From: Polymyxa betae A26-41
Taxonomy: Eukaryota > Protista > Endomyxa: Phytomyxea
Length of the DNA: 64,000 bases
Direction: 5' to 3'
Assembly: GCA_003693705.1 (NCBI GenBank)
Contig: RBZT01000373.1
Coordinates: 1-64,000, forward strand
In this document: positions 50,442 to 62,836 of the stretch, in pieces
Layout of the letters: each line of letters begins with the position of its first letter
Position numbering within the stretch: the first letter of the stretch is position 1
Notes under the pieces: model-generated
Seen by the model: the letters and a program-made list of their open reading frames with translations, nothing else
What the model was told of the DNA's origin: nothing
Database searches by the model: none
Translations under genes and position numbers: made by a program

Positions 50442-52510
50442 TCAACGCCCAGAACCTTCCACTTCAAAGGCAAATTCATCAAATGAGATCATCCCATCCT
50501 TGTCATGATCGAATTCACGAAAGATTGCATCAGATTGTTTAGCATCCAAATCCCATCCATTTAGGCCCAGCAGATGATCGAATTCTGTTTTCGATAAGAA
50601 CCCGTCCTTATCATTGTCGAAATTTCGGAACGTCTTTCGTAGAGCTGTGTTCTTATTGTTTAACAAAGCTCGTAATCCAGCTCGAACTTCTCTAAGATCC
50701 GTCCGACGTCGGTTATCGACAGATGGCGGCCAGATTTGGAGCAGCTGGCGTGTAGCTGTGTCAGCATCAATCAGCTCAAACACGAAGCTATGAATCTCAA
50801 CTCGGGCGCCGATCTGGAAATCCTCCATCTTGAACATGCGCTTCTTATCATGATTGTAAATCAGACTTCGTTCTAAGAACTGTCACGATAATACGTCAGC
50901 ACGAGTATGGTAGAAATGAACCCATTATTAAACAACATTAAAATCGCTTTAAAATCTGTGAGATCTCATAGTTCGAATTATGAATCCAATTTTTTTTTTT
51001 TTTTTTGATACACGTGAAACAATACTTCTTGTTTAAATTGAGCTGAATTACCTTTCCAGCAATAAATCCTGAATTTCGAATGGGATTCTCAAATACAGAG
51101 ACAGTCTCATCAACAGGAAAGAATGTGATCACAAACTCTCGAGCAACATCTTCAGGTCTATTTGATACTTGACGTGCCTTAAATCTCATTGCATGTTTAG
51201 CGAGCCGGCCATGATTTGGGTCAGGACGATTCCGCCGAGCTTTAAACGCCTTCTGAGCGGCCTCGATCGCCTCTTGCTCGCTCATCTCCTGCCCATCAAC
51301 ACCCTTCATATGATGCTCCAATTCGCCAGCAGCACCGTTGCCAACACCGTCAGATAATTCAATGCCGAATTGTGATTTGTAGTAGGTCTTGGTAAATGCA
51401 TCAGCACGCTCTAATACAACATCACGTCCAAATACACGAATAACGTGCCCGATCTGGAAATCGAGGGCGTTATAGCACTCAGATTTATCGGAATATTCAC
51501 CAATCTGATCAATACCAAACGCTGGGGTTGTCTTGCGCAGGCGTTGTCTCTTGACGAGGGCCGGTACGGGATCACGACCGGAATTAGCTTGAGCGATCTC
51601 CAGAACTTCAACCGTGTCATCGGCTAAGAAGTAGTGTACGACCAGATGACGATCATTCCAACGGGCCCAGAACCTTAATACCTTTGATCGAAGGGTTATG
51701 AGGGTTTTAGGGTTTACAGCGGATCTAGGGGAATACCTTTCCATCCAGAGCCAGGAACTGACGTGATCGCTCCAGTTGCCAGGGCTGTGGTCGTCCATGT
51801 ACAGATTCATAATGAGCTGATACAGGCTCATATTGGTCTGGTGATGATATCTTTGATAGGTGATGATGATGAAAGGGATCTGTTGGGATCTGCTCTCCTG
51901 ATTCCAATTCATTCCCATAAAACTGTCGTGTGAATTGATCAGCATCAACCAGACGATAAACACGTCCAAATATACAAATGTCTCTACGAGTCCCAAGATG
52001 CTCATAGGACAAGTACGGGGCCGTACTGGCCACATCGGTATCGGCGATGGAGACGCGGGCCCGGGCCAGTATGTCGCCATGACGCATTCCATTATTATCC
52101 TCTTTACATTCACTGATACGAATAGTTCCATCTTGTAGATAATACAGAAGGACGATGCGTATAAGACGATGGGATTCGATTTGTGATTCATGAACAGATT
52201 GTTGATAATATCCATAGAATCTTAGAACTTGTTGATCATAAGCGATCCATGATGGCAGCTGGCTCATTGTCACATCTGTATTCTTTAATCGTGTATGTAA
52301 ATCACTCTGTATCTTTGTAGTAATATCAGCTGGAACCCATTGAATGATATTGGTGTTAGCAGGTGCTATTGGAGTTTTATATTGTAATGGATCACATATA
52401 GCCTGACCATTGATTAGATCAAATCTGGTTGTATGTGGGAAATGATGTCTTGTTGATGGATTAATGCATTGACCAGGTAGAAATGGAATACGACGTTCAT
52501 CACCCACCAT
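50442..52510 (-). CDS. EFHC1/EFHC2 (Rib72)-like axonemal protein with three DM10 domains and EF-hands
   Basis: WIAYDQQVLRFYGY, DGKVLRFWARW..HYFLADDTVEV..NSGRDP, RNSGFIAGKFLER and two EF-hands (DNDKDG, DHDKDG). Confidence 0.92.
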
Positions 52511-52558
52511 TTGTTATTATGGTACGACCAACGATCTTAGATTGTACAGATATTGGGT

Positions 52559-53830
52559 TTATTGTGATGAATTATGCCCAGCGCTGCTCGAATCGAATTC
52601 GCCAATTTTCCGGCTCAGAGCGGCGTTGTCGAAACGCAACTGGGCGATGAGGGCGTCCCGATCTCGTACAGACTCAATTAGCGATTGTGCCACCGATTGA
52701 AACGCGTAATTCTGTTCGATAACTTTAACATCGGCAGTCGATAATTGAGGAATTCGTCTCTGTGCTTCTAATGACAATAATGCTACAGCTTTCTTAGTCT
52801 GATCTCGTGATTGTAATGCGTCCATGGCGTCCTGTAAACTGGTCGCTTTCCTTTGTAGCTCAGCCTCAAGGCGTGCCTTCTCTTGCATCCATTTCACAGA
52901 TTCATCGGCGGCCGCCGTTGACAGCTTCTTCAGCGTCTTGTCCAAGGCGACTTGCAATGAATCGGCTTTAGCCCGCCACGAATTGCGATCAGCAACTGCA
53001 GCGTCCAGCTCAACAAAGAATTGGCGTTCTTTCTCGGTCGCTTTCGCCTGCCATCTCTCCCGATCTCGTTTCGCCTCCAAAGCAACTGCCTCTCTGGACA
53101 TTGCGAACTTCGATAGTGCTTCATCGCGAGCCTGGCTCAGTGTTGCAATCTCGAGAACGAGGCTGTTAGCTTTGGCGCTGGCGCTCTCTGCAGATTGTTC
53201 CGCCTCGGCACGTTTAATTTCGGCTTTGGAAGCGGTCTCCTGCAGATGGCAGACCTGAGCTTGTAGATCACTGATTGACGACATCAAAGTTGTGATGCGA
53301 CTTTGAGCTGATTGCAGATCAGTTGTTAGACGTCCGACATCATTTCGCAACGATTGATTGGTCTCTTTCATCTTCTGCGTCTCGATCTCATTTGCTTCGA
53401 TGCGTTTGTACTCGACTCGGTCGCGGGTTCGAACGATTTCCGATCGTAACTTTTTAAGTTCAGCTTCTAATATCGTCACTCGAGATACAGCTGGCTCATT
53501 GCGTTGTCTTTCAGCAATGAGTTCCGCCAGCTGACCTGAAAGTCTCCCGATCTCTTCTTGAGCCATTTCTTTCTCGTCGATCGCTTGCTGCAAACGCCGA
53601 TTGTCATCGGTCTGTTGAGGTCGCGGTTTCGGTTGTTCTGGCTGTGGTGTAACCGTTGTTGATGGTATCGGTATGGAGAAAGTCGTCATTGCAGGCATTT
53701 TGATGGGCTGTGTGATACCTTTACGGAAAGCGCCAAAGAATCCATCATCGGTCTTAGGAGGAGGCGGTGGCGGGCTTGGTTTCGGCCTGTTGTCGTCCAG
53801 GGCCGGATCTGGTGTCTGTATAGATGCCAT
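52559..53830 (-). CDS. Hypothetical coiled-coil protein with Pro-rich N-terminus
   Basis: 423-aa ORF with long heptad-rich stretches. Confidence 0.75.
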   Translation of the reverse strand: MASIQTPDPALDDNRPKPSPPPPPPKTDDGFFGAFRKGITQPIKMPAMTTFSIPIPSTTVTPQPEQPKPRPQQTDDNRRLQQAIDEKEMAQEEIGRLSGQLAELIAERQRNEPAVSRVTILEAELKKLRSEIVRTRDRVEYKRIEANEIETQKMKETNQSLRNDVGRLTTDLQSAQSRITTLMSSISDLQAQVCHLQETASKAEIKRAEAEQSAESASAKANSLVLEIATLSQARDEALSKFAMSREAVALEAKRDRERWQAKATEKERQFFVELDAAVADRNSWRAKADSLQVALDKTLKKLSTAAADESVKWMQEKARLEAELQRKATSLQDAMDALQSRDQTKKAVALLSLEAQRRIPQLSTADVKVIEQNYAFQSVAQSLIESVRDRDALIAQLRFDNAALSRKIGEFDSSSAGHNSSQ

Positions 53831-54086
53831 TTGTCAGCGACAGAAACGGGAGATATGAAATCTGAGACACACGCCTCTTCATTCATTTACCTTTACCATA
53901 ACCATGGAGATTTTTATTTCCAGTTTGTCGTATTGGTGTAGAGTTTGTATTCGTCAAAAACCGAATGAAAATTAAATTGGTTTCCACCATAATGTTCTTA
54001 TATTTAATACAACACCGAAAGAATATTTTACACGACAGCTGCAATAGGATCGTACTGTACCGAGGACATCAATATACCTAAATACA

Positions 54087-55282
54087 ATGACTTCGGAAGA
54101 GCGATTATCGGCTGCATCCTGCTTGCGACCTTCAACAAGCTGCTCAAATCTATCTTCATGTTACTCAACGTATCGTATCCAGAGATCTCAAAGTGCCAAA
54201 CAATGGGCCAGTACCAGAAAAGTATAGCAAACCATTATTGATATCTAGAAACTAATATCAAGTAATAGACCTTATCAAACTTACAGACGCCATTTCATCG
54301 TAAAGCGGCCCGATCTGTTAGCGCTGACAATCTTTTGTCACGAACAAAGGCAAAGTCGGCGTTAATTCAGGCGACGTTACGGTCAGTTCGTAGTCAGCTT
54401 CTGCTGAATACTCGAACTCCTATTAAGAGGCAGGTAGTACATCAACTAAAGCAGACTGTCGCAAAACCATTCCGTTCTGGATTGCTGAACTTCGAAGTGG
54501 AGCTCTGCGAGAGGTTGGCCAAATGCAGCAATATTACTACGAACAATCCAATCGAGAAGCGACTGGACATCGTTCGTGAAGTTTTGGTCCGAATGATTAC
54601 CGAAGATCCTGTGCTTGGTGCCATTTTATCAAGGATTCGTGATGAATATGATAGAGCCATCAGAGAGTTGATCGAGAACCGTGATGGTGCCGGACGACTT
54701 AGTGAACTATCGCTACAACGACTGACTGATAAAAATGAAAAACTAAGTCGAATATTGAAAAAAACTCGAGAAGAATGCAGCGAGAAGACCAAAAAATTAG
54801 CAGAACTTTCATTGCAAATGGAACTGTTAGAAATCGATAACGAATCGCAAAAGGAACAGATTATTGACTTGACGAATCGACTGATTACGAATTCAACGAA
54901 CCCAGGAGAGGCTGATGATGATGATCTATGTCGATATATGACAGGAAATCTCCAAGTTTTCGACAAAGAAGAAACTGTATCCGCCAGAGCCGTGCACCAG
55001 ACGAAAGCCAAGAAGGGCTTAAACCAAGCCGAACAAAAGATCAACATACTGGAAGCTGAACGTGGCGAAGTCGAAGAAGCGAATAATCTCGCCAAACAGA
55101 TCGTCACCAAGATTGACCACCAATACCACGGTTTCGTCAACGAATGGAACCAGAAGCATACAGCGCTTTATGGGGTGGCGGCCCGGTTCAGCATCGATCA
55201 GGACGACGATAACGAGGAAGGCGCTGATGGAGGTAAAGACGATGAAGACTTGACATCAATAGGTATGATAACTCAGTCATGA
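54087..55282 (+). CDS. Coiled-coil protein with TSNAXIP1_N/C6orf118-like segment
   Basis: RLDIVREVLVRMITEDPVLGAILSRIRDEYDRAI. First exon from ATG 54087, intron at about 54223-54269. Confidence 0.6.
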
Positions 55283-55454
55283 TAGAGGTGGTATTAATAC
55301 CCCCTCTAAGGGTTGTGAACGCAATTTTCTGATTTTGCAAATGTTAGGGTCTGGATAGCAACAATGTAGAGAATCGATAGAAGGGAAAAACAGATCATGA
55401 AAACGCAAATGTTAATGAATATCAAAGTTGTTAAAAAACCAGCAATTCCTTAAC

Positions 55455-56200
55455 TGCAGGTGCGATCCAGGGATCCAGTTAGAAAGCGATTGGAAATAGG
55501 GAAGGCGACGGCGACATTAACTGGAAGGTGATGGCCGACGCAACGCGCCATAGGCTGAGAGATGCTGCCCTGGGGCATGACAGGAGCAAGCCGACATCGT
55601 AGACAGCGACAATAGAATCAGCCGATGAAGTTATTAGCGAAAGTCCATCACACGCGAACGCTAGCGAATTTCCTTTAGATGAGGCTGAAAGGCAGCCAGC
55701 ATTGAACCCGATTCTAAAGACCATACATGGACAAATCCGTTTTGAGATCCGACAGCGATTAATGTGCCATCTGGAGAAACAGCCAAAGAAGTCGGAGATT
55801 CCGGTAATGAGCAATGTAATAATTGTTTCATATTGGACAACTTAAAAATAAGTGAAGAGCGACGACCTTCAGGAGAGAGCGCAACACATGGCTGAAAGGC
55901 ATTCATAACAAATGCTGTTACAAGCGATTCAATCCATCCAGACCGTGCTTAAGCCGATGAGGATGACTTCATATGGATAGTGCTAAATTGAATAATTTAA
56001 TTGACCTTTGCCTTGTCAACAGACAGTCCGTTGGATTGAGCCGACAAAATAATAACGGTGCTGACAATTAATCCAGTAATAAACCTGCAATTTTTCTCGC
56101 AATGAGATTCATGAATCCATCTCAAAATCGGAAATTACCCGGCAACCAGGATCGAAAGACAAGCGAGTGAATGGTCGGTGAACAAGTTCTCGACATCCAT
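55455..56200 (-). pseudogene. IPI3/WDR18-like WD40 gene, frameshifted and truncated
   Basis: LPESPTSLAVSPDG..HLKEI / SLAFACDGLSLITSSADS..YDVGLLL / GHHLPV..RFLTGSLDRTC lie in successive frames. No further repeats are visible before the convergent gene. Confidence 0.6.
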
Positions 56201-56246
56201 TGCGAGAGCCTTAAGATCTACACACATATTAACTCATCAACGGATA

Positions 56247-56903
56247 CTACAAGATCCCAAGTATACCGTCTCGGAAAGCTTTCCAAACCCTAAAACCCCT
56301 GTGAGCCACACCAGGCGGTGGTGCCAAGTTTTGGGTCGCCTTTTTGTAGCCTCCATCGATAAAATTCTCAAATTCGACAGCGGTTCGTGGGCCCATGTAA
56401 TCGTACATCATTCCATTTTTAAAAAACGTAATAGTTGGGTATCCCTTGACATCAAATCGCTGGCAAATATCTGCAGAACAACGATCAGAGAACGAATGTC
56501 GATACTCCAGTGTACAATACCTCTGTGCTCATCGCAATTAACATTGCCGATATTGGCAACCGGAGAGTCGATAAATCCTTTTGTCATGGCGTCATGTTGG
56601 CTTTGGGCGAAGTTTTCCCATTCCTTAAATTGCATGATAAGTGCCAGAATTGCAAAAGCGCAAATCCACTGACTTGGGTCATTTTCTTGCAATGGCCACA
56701 CCATGGAGCATAGAAACTGCATCATTTTGCTTAACAAATAAAATATATGAGCATAAAGGGCAGTACCAAATAAGCCAGTCGCCCGTCATCGCTCCACTAC
56801 CGATCTGGGTCTGAACCTCGAAGTTTTCAGACGTCAGTTCGACGACGTGGCCAGCGAAGGCGACAGCGACCAGACAGGCCAACAGAGAAACCAATCGCAT
56901 CAT
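56247..56903 (-). CDS. Secretory-pathway single thioredoxin-domain (PDI-like) protein
   Basis: Signal peptide, VVELTSENFE, FYAPWCGHCKKM and FDVKGYPTI. At least three introns. Confidence 0.9.
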
Positions 56904-59900
56904 TTTGAAATTAATGAATGATGAAGGTATCAGAGGCCCCGTTCACTCAGAACCGAGGTGCAATTTCAGACATGGTCACCCGTACGGGGGTTTTACGCAA
57001 TTTCCGATCTTCGTGGCATTTATCAGTGGTCAGTGTCTACGAGATCAATGATTAATCGATCAAATTTTACGATCCGATTCTAAAATTGAGACGCCGGAGT
57101 TCTGCCGCATGAATTTCTGGATCTATTGCGCTCAAATCTGTGCTCGGCACTCCGAATTTGGGGTACACCGCTCGAAACCATGAAAAAAAGGAAGTTTATC
57201 CCGGGCAAATAACCACCCCGACCAAATACCGGTAGCCATTATCGATGCACAGAAAAAGTGCGTCTGTTCGCGGATATTGTGTAACATTAACATTACAGGG
57301 ATCCTGCAACCGTTACTCTATCGTTGAGATGGAGCCAATTCCGCCAATGTTGAGGTCGTCGGGCTTAGAAAAATATAAAATGGACGCAGCTGTTATGCCT
57401 ATCGTGAGAATTGTGATGTTGAAAGTGGCAGCGCGCATACCATTGGAACCGTCGTGATGAGCCGAGTAATTAAATACTATTTATAGATTATATTGCCTCA
57501 ATGGCGTTTAAAGATCCCGCCGAAATAACCACCAACCTATCAAAATCGGGGTCGAGGCCTCGACGGTGGTGGCTATTTGTGCCTATGTACGTAGTGTTAA
57601 ATAATATTTTTCAAACATTGATAGTTTTTTTATTCAAATCAAGGACAAAAAAAATTAAATTAGATTCTTATTTTCCTATACAATACTGTATCTATCATCA
57701 ACCAAATAACTTAATTTCTAATTTGATTATGGTAGTTTCATTACTATTAGGTACAAAGTTCCGACGTTCACTGTAGTTAGGCATGAAGATAGAAACTGCC
57801 AAAGAGGCCAATATAAATACTGCTTTGCCTCAATTTTGATAATAGCCACTCTGGTTACATTCTTGACAGCTCAGTTGTGCACGCGGGCCTGCTGCAAAAA
57901 GGTATACACCACTGATAACGACAATTTCTGTTTTTTTTTTCAGCTTCGGTTGATGGGCGTGTTATGATCAAAACCGCAACGGATTCACAACTGTGGTGTG
58001 CCTGTGCATAGAATTGAAGACAGCTACTACCACTTCGACAAAGACAGAAGCCTTCAATCGGCTCGAGATAATCTGTGGATAATGGCCAGACGGTAGCTCG
58101 ACTCAATTCTATTGTCTTTTCCATATTCGTATCGACTGGACGTCTCTTATTCCTCCATATTGATTATCGTTTTGCACTGATAATCAGTCTCAGCTTTGTA
58201 CTTTTGAGTGTGCATGTTACGTTACTTGCATATCTCCTCATATCTTTATTTATAGAGGTCAGAGCTTGATGATGGCAGCTTTTCTGCAAATATAATCGAG
58301 GGTGCATCTGGTCCGTTGTTGGCACTAACTATTTCTCGCTTATCATTAGAATCAAATTGCGATTTCTGGTTCGTCAAATTCTACCAGCTTTGATGTAATA
58401 ACCTGCAACCTGTACGCAGAGAGTTGTTATCGGTATCAGGTTTTCACCTCTCACAATTATATAGAGGTTTGGGAACAGGCTAATACTGAAGTCCATTCAG
58501 GCTGTGGAACAGACGATCAGGTCCAGAATGATGAATATGTTTTTCTGTGATTGTTTTCAATATCAGGTTATGAAGATTCATTTCACTCGATTGGTAGATC
58601 TCTCACATCCTATCAGAAGTCTGTGATAGTCTGGGAATTCATGGGTATACATACGACATTGACCTGTTTGTTAACGGCATCATGTACGAGTTCCCTAAAT
58701 CAACAGCGCTCTACTGAAAACTTTATCAATTTTGTTAAAGGCGGCTACCACGATCTCACTTCAAACCCATTCCATCTGGAATCAGTTGGACAAAATCTAG
58801 TCGTAAAGGTATCTTCTGACTGTCAGCGTGCGTTTACTTAACTGGTGCCATAGAAGTCGAGACTAAGTTGTGCAATTTGAAATTTTCAGATATTCAGAGC
58901 TGACAAGCTGTTTCGTAGCGCTCGGGTATGTCTCTTTATCATCATCTATTCTTACTGATATGCAACCTTATAAGACTGTTGTTGGCATTGCTACTACTCC
59001 TTAGCATTTATGATGACCATGAACCCTCCCACTTATGCTAAAGGCAAGGGCCAATACCTTTCCTAATATAGTAATTTACATATACATATTTAAAATATAA
59101 ATATTTAAATAGATTTGTGTTCTTAGCACGAATTGATAATCTCAAGAACGTAACCGCTTGTGTCGATAGATATACATTTCCGCAAATGCAGCATCTAGCC
59201 CAGATAAAGAATTAATAATCAAACAGGCGCGAAACGGCGCCATTCCATCTAAAATATTGTTATTTATCAAATGACGATTCTCAGCTGCAGACTTACACGA
59301 ACACAGAATAAGAGAAATTGATGATGCTAGAATAAAAGTGATGGCTGCCAGAGCTCGTCGTTGCAATACTTGTGGAAATCCAGGAACGGGAATCGCCATG
59401 CTAATATACATTAGAATCGTTAACAGAGGATGATCATCTAATCCCGTTTTGCTAGAGAGCTCATCCTCGCTCACATTTCTGAACTAAATTCAACAGACAG
59501 CGAAATAAGAGAGCCAAGTTAGTTACGGGATCAGTTTCTTTTGTAGATTAGTCGAACTTGGTTGATTCTGCCCTCGGAATGATAATCGTCGTGGTTTAGT
59601 GCCAGTCGGCCTATCGTTTGGTGGCAGCAGCAGGTACTCATCAGAATCGTCGCAAACATTTCTACACTCGAATCAATCATCGATGTATCCAGGTGTTTAG
59701 CTGCTTACCTAAGCAGATGATGGGACGAAATTGACGTCGTGTCTGGACTGAAGAGCTGCGACATTACCTGCAGAGTTTGCTGATGGAACCCAGCTCAGAG
59801 ATTCTAGAAAGACGCACTTTATTGCCTTCGAATTACCGCCTAAATCAATTTTATATGACAGTCATGGTGTCAGATAACATGATATCCATTATTGGGAATA

Positions 59901-60216
59901 TGCTGTCACTACTGTACCAGCATAGAAATTGTTAGCATTTTTTACGTTTTGAAATCCCAAAAAACTTTTTCGTTACTTCATCTTGATTCTAAAACTTTGT
60001 AAAAGTATCTATTTCTATCTTTATCATCTGTAAACCTGTACCATTCAGAATCATTGTCAAAATGAAGTCAATGTCATACGAATCAGTTTCTACGATTAGT
60101 CCATTAATAAAAGTTTTAAACAAATTCTAAACAGAGGTCGTTCTAGTGCTATTATTCAAGCTAAGTTCAATCGGCGCTGTTTGATAACTCGTTTCAATCA
60201 TCATCACTAAATGACG

Positions 60217-61004
60217 CTAGTCATTATCAGTACTAAATCGCCGGCTGTTAATATCAAGATAATTGACCTTGGTCATCTCAAGGACCGCCTGAATATAGAG
60301 CTATTGAATTCGTCACAACTACATGCACTCACAAATTTGTTATCATTGACGATCCGAGTTGTGGAAATTGTAGAGTCCAAGTCCATATTTATCTACTGCC
60401 GTCGGAGACAGACCAGTTCTGACCAGTCGGGGCTACGATCGTACTGACTGAGTTTCGTACTGTCAAGGCCACAGCTGTTTTCTGATTGATTTCCCTTATC
60501 TCAACCGTCTTGATTCCCAGGACGACGATGGGTTGCAGATTGCTCAACTTTCCACAAGCCACCCACGTGGTATGAATGACTTCATTAATCACTACTGTCA
60601 GCACAACCCCGTTTTCGGACAGACTACCATTACTCGCGCTACTTGATTTGGAACCAACCAGATCCCAGCCTCCAAGGACAGTAATTTCGAGGTCCGTATA
60701 CGCATGCAAAATGACGATTTTGTTGATCTCAATGTGCCAAATGCGTCTATTATCCTCCAGTTCCAGTACCATTGGGGCTTGCCATTTCAAGAGACCGTTA
60801 CGATTGCTATCCAGACTGGAAAACCTAAATCTGAACTGCAGGTGTTGCGGGCATTAGCTCAATGGGAGGCGATGTTATCCCTGAGAGCTACCCAGCTTCA
60901 ATATAACCACAAAACATTGTTTTAATGTCAAGTTTTCTCGCTCGAAAACCTGTTAAAGTTTATAGTAGATCCCGGTCATTAAACATGACCTCAGGTGTCG
61001 TCAT
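60217..61004 (-). CDS. Orphan paralog A; 5' structure uncertain, possibly degenerate
   Basis: The spliced C-terminus DSTISTTRIVNDNKF|AVLEMTKVNYLDINSR matches paralog B. Confidence 0.4.
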
Positions 61005-61211
61005 AGGGTGGAATCTGTGGTTAGATTGGCATTGATCTGACAGGTTTGCGTTGTCAGATCTAAGACGATTAATTCCAATGCATCCAGATCTGCTGTCGCA
61101 ACGAATCGACTCTGGCAGAACACTGTCTTCCAAGACAACATTCAAATCTTCCTCAACAACATTAATAATATCGAAACAATGAAAGAATTATTTAACTATG
61201 TTACAGACGGC

Positions 61212-62068
61212 TTAAGCAGAATCGCGCTCATTTGCTGGGATTTCATTGTCGGGTTTCATCCTTTTGATTCCAGTGGATCCAAACCCGCAATCTCCACGAA
61301 CTGATTCCGGGAGAGAATCGACTTCCACGACTTCGGTGTCTTCTTCGTATTTCTCCAAGATCAGCTGAGCAACCCGATCCCCGGCAGCAACTAACATACT
61401 ACTAAGAAAGAGCGATCCAGCATAGCAGAGAAAAAGACTCACCTTGAAAATCGACACCGGCATGATTGAACAAGACGATGCCTACCGGCCCTCTGTAATC
61501 ACGATCGATGACCCCAGCACCAACTATAAAGGCAACAGTAGCTTAGAAAGACATCAGCCAAGTAGAAACTTCGAGAAGCTTTGTAACAAAATGCAAAATT
61601 TTCTACTGGGAAAGATTGTGGTTGAGAATCAAGCAAAAAGTCGGATAAGGTTTCACCAATATTAAGGTTGAATCGACAAAATTTGCCTAAGAAATTTTGA
61701 AAAGGCTACAAAAACCTCAATGCTTTTGTGAGATCAATGCCGAGTAATTACCATCGATGTGGTGCTTCCAGGCTAAACCCGATCGAGGGGCAATACTATA
61801 GCAACTCAGTAAAATGAATGTAGGCCAGCAAGACCCGAGCATACCGTCCATAGACACCAGAAGGCAGGGCGATGGACAGCCCGGTTGGGACCAAAGCCTT
61901 GCCATTAGCTGGGACGACGCACGCCTCGCTCGCAGAAAGATCGTAGCCGGCCGCCATCTCCGACCTGCATGACTGTGAATTCGGCGGCGATGACGAAGAA
62001 GGACGTTACCCCTTTCTAGGCAGGATAGCGGTCGGCGTCAGCCTCTGCACGATCAGCAGCGACGACAT
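61212..62068 (-). CDS. DUT: dUTP diphosphatase
   Basis: [43 protein letters not shown] and [10 protein letters not shown]. Confidence 0.96.
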
Positions 62069-62072
62069 CTTT

Positions 62073-62603
62073 TCAATGACGAGGGGGTGACCCCTTCATG
62101 GCGGGTTGCTCTGCCCCTCTCTCAATGAAGGGTTGCGCCGAGAGGTTGCGCCCGCTTTCAAGCTTCAACGCTGAATCCCGGCTGTTAATCTCAAGATGAT
62201 CCTTGGTTATCTCAAAGACCGTCTTATATTGAGCTAACATAGATTGCTCACAATTACATGCTCTTACAGTTTCGAATTTGTTGTCATTGACGATCCGATT
62301 TGGAGAAATTGTAGCTTCCGATTCCAGTCCTGTTATGGTAGATGTCAAGGGAATCGACTGCTGTAACAGTTCTACCGTGGCTCGATTATTTTTCAAAGAT
62401 CCAGCAGCCAAGAAGGAATTGGTCGATTCATGGCAATTACAGCTCAAGAAATTCTGTTTGTGCCGCACAGATCACATTCGATTTGCTAACGAAGACAGTC
62501 TAAAGCTTGTCAACCAGTATTGATATTGCTGCAACTACAAGATAAATTAATTAATTGGGTACCTTAATAGTATTGCAAATATCAGGGAATATACTGTAAT
62601 CAT
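62073..62603 (-). CDS. Orphan paralog B, predicted small secreted protein
   Basis: The best splice gives MITVYSLIFAILLSCNCHES..EATISPNRIVNDNKFET|TVFEITKDHLEINSR. Confidence 0.5.
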
Positions 62604-62836
62604 GCACGCCCAAACTGGAAGTTGAGTGGCTCAGAAGACGGGAGATGGACCTGATTGCACGTTGGTTCGGCCGCCGGCGAAATTAGTCTTGATAGAGCTG
62701 TCCATCAAACACAACCTTTGAGAGCGTTCTACGATTAGCATTTTTTTTATTCAATATCCAGCCCAAAAGATTTTCTCTTTCTGTTTTCACTCAGATGCGC
62801 AGCATAAATTCCCTGGAATTAAAAGAATGTTATTGC

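Noticed and set aside
54442-55140. Long antisense ORFs (also 33469-34014, 52824-53258, 50938-52215)
   Set aside because: These are shadow or alternate frames of real genes. ORF 50938-52215 only reads into an EFHC exon through an intron.
61212-62068. Viral or mobile origin of dUTPase
   Set aside because: It has ordinary spliceosomal introns and no viral or transposase neighbours.
60211-62523. Plus-strand reading of the duplicated block (ORFs 60211-60447 and 62278-62523)
   Set aside because: Indels between the copies break the plus frame, while the minus strand has conserved GT-AG introns and frame.
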